From NCBI GenBank assembly GCA_041752695.1, contig JBGSVZ010000062.1, positions 32,001-96,000 of the forward strand: a DNA stretch of 64,000 bases. Reading direction: 5' to 3'. Of this stretch, positions 58,937 to 64,000 are shown one piece after another. The first letter of the stretch is position 1. Each line of letters starts with the position of its first letter. The notes under the pieces are model-generated. The model was given only the letters and a program-made list of their open reading frames with translations. It was not told where the DNA came from and did not search any database. Position numbers and translations under genes: made by a program. The stretch comes from Terrimicrobiaceae bacterium (lineage in GTDB: Bacteria > Verrucomicrobiota > Verrucomicrobiia > Chthoniobacterales > Terrimicrobiaceae).

Positions 58937-60280
58937 TCACAACACTCCCATCAACCGCAGAATCAGCGGTTCGAAAAAGTGGAGCAGAAACACCCCGGCC
59001 AGCGCATAGGTAACCCAAGTGATTTCCCTGCGGTGGCCCGTGCCGATGGCCAGCGCAGCAAGGGTGATGAGTCCCAGCCCGATGCCGGTGCTGATGCTGT
59101 ACGCGAGGGGCATGGTAAGAATTGTCAGCACGGCAGGTGCCGCGATTTCAAAACGTTTGAAATCCAAATCCACCACGCCCTCGAACATGACGATTCCCAC
59201 CACAACCAGGGCCGGAGCCACCGCCACGCTGGGAATCATCAAAATCAACGGCGTGAAAAACAACGCCAGGAGAAAACACAGGGCGGTCGTCACAGCGGTG
59301 AGTCCAGTGCGCCCCCCGGCCTCCACGCCGGCCGCGCTTTCGATGTAACTCACCACCGTGGAGGTCCCCAGCAGGGAGCTGAAGATGGCCGCAATGGAAT
59401 CCGCCACCAAAGCCCGTCCAACCTTCGGAATGTTGCCCTGCGCGTCCATCATTCCCGCTCTCCGGGTCACGCCGATCAGCGTGCCGATGTTGTCGAACAT
59501 ATCCACGAGGAGGAGGGTGAGGATGACGGGCAGGGCGCGGAACGTTTCGCGAAGGACAAAGTCGAAATCCAATTTCAGAATTAGCGGCGAGAGCGATGCG
59601 GGCAGGGACACCAGGCTTTCAGGAGGCTGCGTTACCATGCTCCCCTTGCCGTCGGGCACGGCGAGTCCGATCAGCGTAAGAATTCCCATCGAAAGAATAA
59701 TAGCCCCCGGAACCTTCCGGGCCACCAGGATACAGGTGAGCAGAATTCCTCCGCCAAAGAGCGCGACCGGTGGGTGGGAGAGGTCTCCCATCGCCACCAT
59801 GGTCGCGGGGTTCGTCACGATCAGCCCGCCATTCTGTAGGCCGATGAAGGCGATAAACAATCCAATGCCGGCGGAGACGGCGATCTTCAGCGAAAGCGGC
59901 AGGGCGTTGAGAATTTTCTCCCGCACTCCCGTGACCGACAAAACCAGGAAGATGCAGCCATTGATAAAAACCAGACCGAGCGCACTTTGCCACGGTACTC
60001 CCATGCCCAAGCAGATGCTGAAGGCAAAAAACGCGTTGATCCCCATACCGGGCGCACAGGCGAGGGGGAAGTTGGTCAGCGCCGCCATCAGCAACGTCGC
60101 CAACGCCGCCCCGACGGCGGTCGCCGTAACCAACGCAGGTTGCGGCATGCCCGCCTTGGCCAGAATTTCCGGATTCACGGCAAGGATGTAGGCCATCGCG
60201 GCAAAGGTGGTCAGCCCGGCAATGATCTCGCGGCCCGGCGTGGTGCCGTGCTCCCGCAAACGAAAAACCCTCTCCAGCAT
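58937..60280 (-). CDS. NCS2/AzgA-type purine permease
   Basis: AGLTTFAAMAYILAVNP, APGMGINAFF, DMFDNIGTLIG, YIESAAGVEAGGRTGLT. Confidence 0.94.
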   Translation of the reverse strand: MLERVFRLREHGTTPGREIIAGLTTFAAMAYILAVNPEILAKAGMPQPALVTATAVGAALATLLMAALTNFPLACAPGMGINAFFAFSICLGMGVPWQSALGLVFINGCIFLVLSVTGVREKILNALPLSLKIAVSAGIGLFIAFIGLQNGGLIVTNPATMVAMGDLSHPPVALFGGGILLTCILVARKVPGAIILSMGILTLIGLAVPDGKGSMVTQPPESLVSLPASLSPLILKLDFDFVLRETFRALPVILTLLLVDMFDNIGTLIGVTRRAGMMDAQGNIPKVGRALVADSIAAIFSSLLGTSTVVSYIESAAGVEAGGRTGLTAVTTALCFLLALFFTPLILMIPSVAVAPALVVVGIVMFEGVVDLDFKRFEIAAPAVLTILTMPLAYSISTGIGLGLITLAALAIGTGHRREITWVTYALAGVFLLHFFEPLILRLMGVL

Positions 60281-60327
60281 GGCGCGAGGTCATACGGTAG
60301 ATCAGGATCCGATGACACGCCAAAATC

Positions 60328-60397
60328 GTTGGAGTCCAGGCTTCAGCCTGTGCCTTTACGGATGGGAAAGGCAGCACGCTCAAGCGTGGACTTCTAC
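60328..60397. repeat. REPIN-like inverted repeat pair (GTTGGAGTCCA family), copy 2
   Basis: GTTGGAGTCCAGGCTTCAGCCTG ... CACGCTCAAGCGTGGACTTCTAC with an inner TGCCTTT/AAAGGCA stem. Confidence 0.8.
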
Positions 60398-61308
60398 TAT
60401 CCCAGCGTGAGCAGCGCCTGCAACTCCGTGCGCATTGCCTCGCCCTCCGGTCGAGTGCGCAACACCCGGGCGTTCCAAACGAGTGCCACCTTCCGCGCCT
60501 CTTCGCGCAGGAAGGGCAACTCGACGGCAAGCACTCCGTTCTGCTCCAGGTCGACGGCGGCGTGCGCCGGAAGGATCCCGGCATAGCCGCCGCTGAGCAC
60601 GGCCCGCGCGGCCTGGGGAAAACTTTCTGTGACCAGCCGGAGATTCACCAGCGATCCCCTGCGTTCCGCCGAACGCAGCACGGTCCCGAAAAACTCCGTG
60701 TCGCTGCCCAACGTGGCGATGGGAAATTTCACCAGCATCTCCAACGGCGTGAGGTGCGCGGCCTGACGCTGGAATTTCTTCGGCACGAAAAGCCGGTAGT
60801 CCACCCGGCCCAGGACATGATGTTTGAGGGGAGGACGCACCAGTCCCGCGCGAGCCAGCCCAAAGTCCAGACGCATCTCCGAAACGCGCCGGATAATTTC
60901 TCCCGAACGCAGGTTAAAAACCTTGACCTGCACCCGGGGAAACTTCCTCTGGAAGGCCTCCAGCTTGGGCACAAGCAGCCAGGTGAGCAGGCTGTCCCCG
61001 GCCCCGATGTTCACTTCGATCATTTCGTCGGAACGGCTCTTCAGAAAATCCTCGAACCCCCGGAGCTGCGCCCGCACCAATCCGGCCAGTTCACGGCCCG
61101 CGTCGGTCAGCGCCAGCACCCGGCCATGGCGCGTGGTGAGTTGAGTGCCGAAAAATTCCTCCAGTTCGCCGATCTGACGGCTGAACTGGCTTTGTCGCAC
61201 CACGTCGTCACCCGCGGCGCGCGCGATGCCGCCGGCCTCGGCCACCTTGAGGAAGGAATGAAGACGGTCGAGGGACAGCCCGCGCCGGGAAAGCAAGTTT
61301 TCGAACAT
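60397..61308 (-). CDS. LysR-type transcriptional regulator
   Basis: LSLDRLHSFLKVAEAGGIARAA...QSQFSRQIGELEEFFG...LTDAG; TTGCAG-17 bp-TACTCT promoter ending 6 nt before the ATG. Confidence 0.92.
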   Translation of the reverse strand: MFENLLSRRGLSLDRLHSFLKVAEAGGIARAAGDDVVRQSQFSRQIGELEEFFGTQLTTRHGRVLALTDAGRELAGLVRAQLRGFEDFLKSRSDEMIEVNIGAGDSLLTWLLVPKLEAFQRKFPRVQVKVFNLRSGEIIRRVSEMRLDFGLARAGLVRPPLKHHVLGRVDYRLFVPKKFQRQAAHLTPLEMLVKFPIATLGSDTEFFGTVLRSAERRGSLVNLRLVTESFPQAARAVLSGGYAGILPAHAAVDLEQNGVLAVELPFLREEARKVALVWNARVLRTRPEGEAMRTELQALLTLG

Positions 61309-61388
61309 GATCCAAGAGTACGTATTCCTGTGTTTTTCTGCAATGCCGGACTCCAGCCTTTCTGCTCTCCTGCCCAGCTCTTGATTTT

Positions 61389-62501
61389 GTGAAACTCACC
61401 GACAGCCATACCAATCAGCAGTCCTTGGGGCGGGAAGAAACGTCCGTTTCTCTCACCTATGCCACGGAGGGGCATTCCTGGTCGCTGGTCCCGGTTCGCG
61501 CCGCCACCGGCGCGGGACCGGCGCATTATTGCGCGGCGGATGGTCCGTTTGATCTGGAGCGGATGGCGGAAACGTTCCGCGATCAATTGGTGCGCTCCTG
61601 GTTTAATCTGCGCGACGACGCGGAACGCGGCAGCGGGTACTGGAAGGATCTGACCATCCGGTTGGACGATGCGACGTTTATCAACGTCGACGAGGACAGT
61701 CTGCGCGTTTACGCGGCCAGTCCCGAACAGGCCCGCTCCACCGCGGAAAAGCTGCGCAAAACCTTCGCGCAGACGAAAAAATCCAAGCCGGCCACCTTCC
61801 AGATTGTCAAAAAGACCTGCGATGGTATCGACACCGAGGCCGTGGCTCTGGAGGGCAAGTCGGCCTTGGATTCGGAAAGTCTCGCCCTGCATTACGGCGA
61901 TGGTTTCCCACAGTGGCACGCGACATTTTTGGACGACCTGCAAAGGCGGCGCACCGGGCTGACCATTTTGGATGGCGCCCCCGGCACGGGAAAAACCTCC
62001 TACCTCCGCCAGCTCATGCTGGAGTTGAGGGACACGCATCGGTTTTATTTCATCGGGTCGGCCAATCTGGGTTTGTTGCGCGAGGCGGAGTTTGTGGACT
62101 TCTGGGCCTCGGAGCGCCGGCTACATGGCGAGACGTCATTGGTGGTGATCCTGGAGGATGCGGAAAACGCTCTCATGCCGCGGCATTCGGACAACCGTCA
62201 GGAAGTGAGTCTGTTGCTCAATATCACCGATGGCATCCTTGGCGAATTCCTCCGTCTGCAGGTCATTTGCACGATCAACTGCGCGCTGAAGGAACTCGAC
62301 CAGGCGTTGTTGCGTCCGGGCCGGCTGATGGCGCACCACTATTTTGGCCCGATGGAAGCGGCACAGGCCAAAGCCCTCGCGGATAAGCTAGGCAAGGTGC
62401 TGCCGCCCGTCCCGGCGTCCACCTACACGCTGGCCGAGATTTTCAGTGGCCAACTCGACCCCACCCGGCGAGAACGCGGGCGGATGGGATTCGGCGGATA
62501 G
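61389..62501 (+). CDS. Stand-alone AAA ATPase
   Basis: Walker A GAPGTGKT, Walker B VVILEDAE, LLNITDG, LDQALLRPGRL. Confidence 0.87.
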   Translation: MKLTDSHTNQQSLGREETSVSLTYATEGHSWSLVPVRAATGAGPAHYCAADGPFDLERMAETFRDQLVRSWFNLRDDAERGSGYWKDLTIRLDDATFINVDEDSLRVYAASPEQARSTAEKLRKTFAQTKKSKPATFQIVKKTCDGIDTEAVALEGKSALDSESLALHYGDGFPQWHATFLDDLQRRRTGLTILDGAPGTGKTSYLRQLMLELRDTHRFYFIGSANLGLLREAEFVDFWASERRLHGETSLVVILEDAENALMPRHSDNRQEVSLLLNITDGILGEFLRLQVICTINCALKELDQALLRPGRLMAHHYFGPMEAAQAKALADKLGKVLPPVPASTYTLAEIFSGQLDPTRRERGRMGFGG

Positions 62502-62626
62502 GAGGATGTTTGTCCGGGTCGCGGCACCATTTAGCCTGAGCCAATTCTGGCGCATTCAGCCGGGCGAAGGGCCGGGACTTGCCATGACGCTGCTTCACCC
62601 CTAGGTTCCGCGGAAATCCCGCCACC

Positions 62627-63253
62627 GTGCACCCGACAATCACCGCGATCATCAGCAAGGAATGGAAACAGCGCATGCAACTCATGACGCTGATCGTTGC
62701 CGGCGCCGGCTGCTGGTTTATGTATGACGGGCTGTTTGGATACCCCAAAAACAACGTGCGAGCCGCCGTCTATCTTCCGCTACGCGACAGCCTCGGCAAG
62801 GATACTCCGGAATTGGAAAAAGCCTGGGCGGAGGAGGCCAGGACGCGGGGATGGTCCGATACTCCTCCGAAAAAAATGTATTCTTCCGGAGACATCCAAA
62901 CCCAGATCATCATCGCCGCGGTCGCTTTGCTCGGGGCGGGACTTTGCGCCCGGCATTATTTTGCCTCCCTGAAAACCACCACCCGGCTCGAAGAGGGAAA
63001 AATTCTCCTGCCCGACGGCCGGACCATTCCCCTTGAAAAAGTCCGCGCTGTCAGCCGGAAACGCTGGAAAAACAAGGGGATCGCCGACCTGGTTTATGAA
63101 GCGGAACCCGGGCGGATGAAAAAGTTTGTCCTCGACGACTACAAATACATCGGAGCCGAACAAATCCTCCTCGAAGCGGAAAAAATGCTGCCTCAAGAGC
63201 CTGCGGAGGTGTCCCCCGCGAAGCCTGACGAAACCTCGCCAGGGAGCTATTAG
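62627..63253 (+). CDS. Hypothetical membrane protein
   Basis: Two TM helices (WFMYDGLFGYP) and a C-terminal RWKNKGIA..LDDYKY soluble domain. Confidence 0.75.
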   Translation: MHPTITAIISKEWKQRMQLMTLIVAGAGCWFMYDGLFGYPKNNVRAAVYLPLRDSLGKDTPELEKAWAEEARTRGWSDTPPKKMYSSGDIQTQIIIAAVALLGAGLCARHYFASLKTTTRLEEGKILLPDGRTIPLEKVRAVSRKRWKNKGIADLVYEAEPGRMKKFVLDDYKYIGAEQILLEAEKMLPQEPAEVSPAKPDETSPGSY

Positions 63254-64000
63254 TGAGAGTACTGCTCCTTCTCCTTTTGACGGTTGCTGGCGCGCTGGCC
63301 GCGCCCGAGTCCGACGTTGCGCCCGATTTTCCCCCGGCCATTAGCAGCTACCAGGATGAGGAAATCCCCGGGCTTTTTGCCAAACTGACCGCCCGGGTGG
63401 CGGCCGAGCCATTTAACATCGTGGCGACGGTCATCTTTATCCTTGCCATCTGTCACACTTTTCTTGCCTCGAAGTTCCTCCATAAGTCGCACGCTTATGC
63501 CCATGAGCTGGAAAATTTGGACAAATCATCCCGCGACCCCGAGGTATTGCGCCGGAGGGATTCCCTGCGTTTTCGCTCCACCCTCTTCCATTTCCTAGGC
63601 GAGGTCGAAGCCGTCTTCGGCATCTGGCTGATTCCCCTGGGCGTTGCCATTGTGGCCTTCGAGGGCTGGGGGACGATGGTCTATTATTTTAACCGGGTAA
63701 ACTATGTGGAGCCCATCTTTGTCTTTGTCGTGATGGCCATCGCCAGTTCCAAGCCCGTCTTGCGTTTTGCGGAAAGCTGCCTCGCTTTGTTTGCGTCCCT
63801 TGGCGGGAAAACCCCGGCGGCGTGGTGGTTTTCTATACTCACAGTTGGCCCGTTGCTGGGCTCCTTCATCACGGAACCCGCGGCCATGACGATTTGCGCG
63901 ATGCTGCTGCTGGAACGCTTCTACAAACTCGAGCCGAGCCTGAAGCTGCGCTATGCGACGCTCGGATTGCTTTTCGTGAACATCTCGGTGGGAGGCACGC
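63253..64000 (+). CDS. Putative Na+/H+ antiporter (DUF1504-type), partial at window end
   Basis: Translated by hand from GTG 63253: EPFNIVATVIFILAICHTFL, FHFLGEVEAVFGIW, GPLLGSFITEPAAMTI, LLFVNISVGGT. Missing from the ORF track because no stop lies in the window. Confidence 0.88.
   Translation, partial: MRVLLLLLLTVAGALAAPESDVAPDFPPAISSYQDEEIPGLFAKLTARVAAEPFNIVATVIFILAICHTFLASKFLHKSHAYAHELENLDKSSRDPEVLRRRDSLRFRSTLFHFLGEVEAVFGIWLIPLGVAIVAFEGWGTMVYYFNRVNYVEPIFVFVVMAIASSKPVLRFAESCLALFASLGGKTPAAWWFSILTVGPLLGSFITEPAAMTICAMLLLERFYKLEPSLKLRYATLGLLFVNISVGGT

Noticed and set aside
60281..60397. Purine riboswitch upstream of the NCS2 permease
   Set aside because: CCGTAAA and TCTACC occur in the wrong order; the region is explained by the REPIN-like element.

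Overview
GC-rich bacterial chromosomal window, very likely from a Verrucomicrobium (Spartobacteria/Chthoniobacterales-like). This is an inference from the PEP-CTERM proteins, the PVC-type ECF sigma factor and the many leaderless-looking genes. It spans the probable replication origin (dnaA-dnaN, DnaA boxes, IHF-like site, switch in gene orientation). It also holds housekeeping genes (recD2, DEAD-box helicase, rimO, infA, argA, hslO), two tRNAs, a decayed island behind tRNA-Thr (Phd/VapC toxin-antitoxin pair, FG-GAP PEP-CTERM protein, DUF1016/HsdR scar), a Fur-family regulator-sufCBD operon, five GT-C-like membrane glycosyltransferases and a pflBA-MFS unit. The most striking unexplained signal is a window-wide set of 7-bp tandem arrays. 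Three paralogous glycosyltransferase genes each carry a different ~5-unit heptamer array at the same linker position, and the same heptamer families occur between genes, four of them within one 260-bp spacer. Other candidates are a structured leader with a terminator before a PEP-CTERM gene, a ~70-nt sRNA with a UGGGGG loop, a 31-bp operator shared by pflB and a small Cys-rich ORF, and a Tudor-domain pseudogene. All calls are by eye; no database searches were run.
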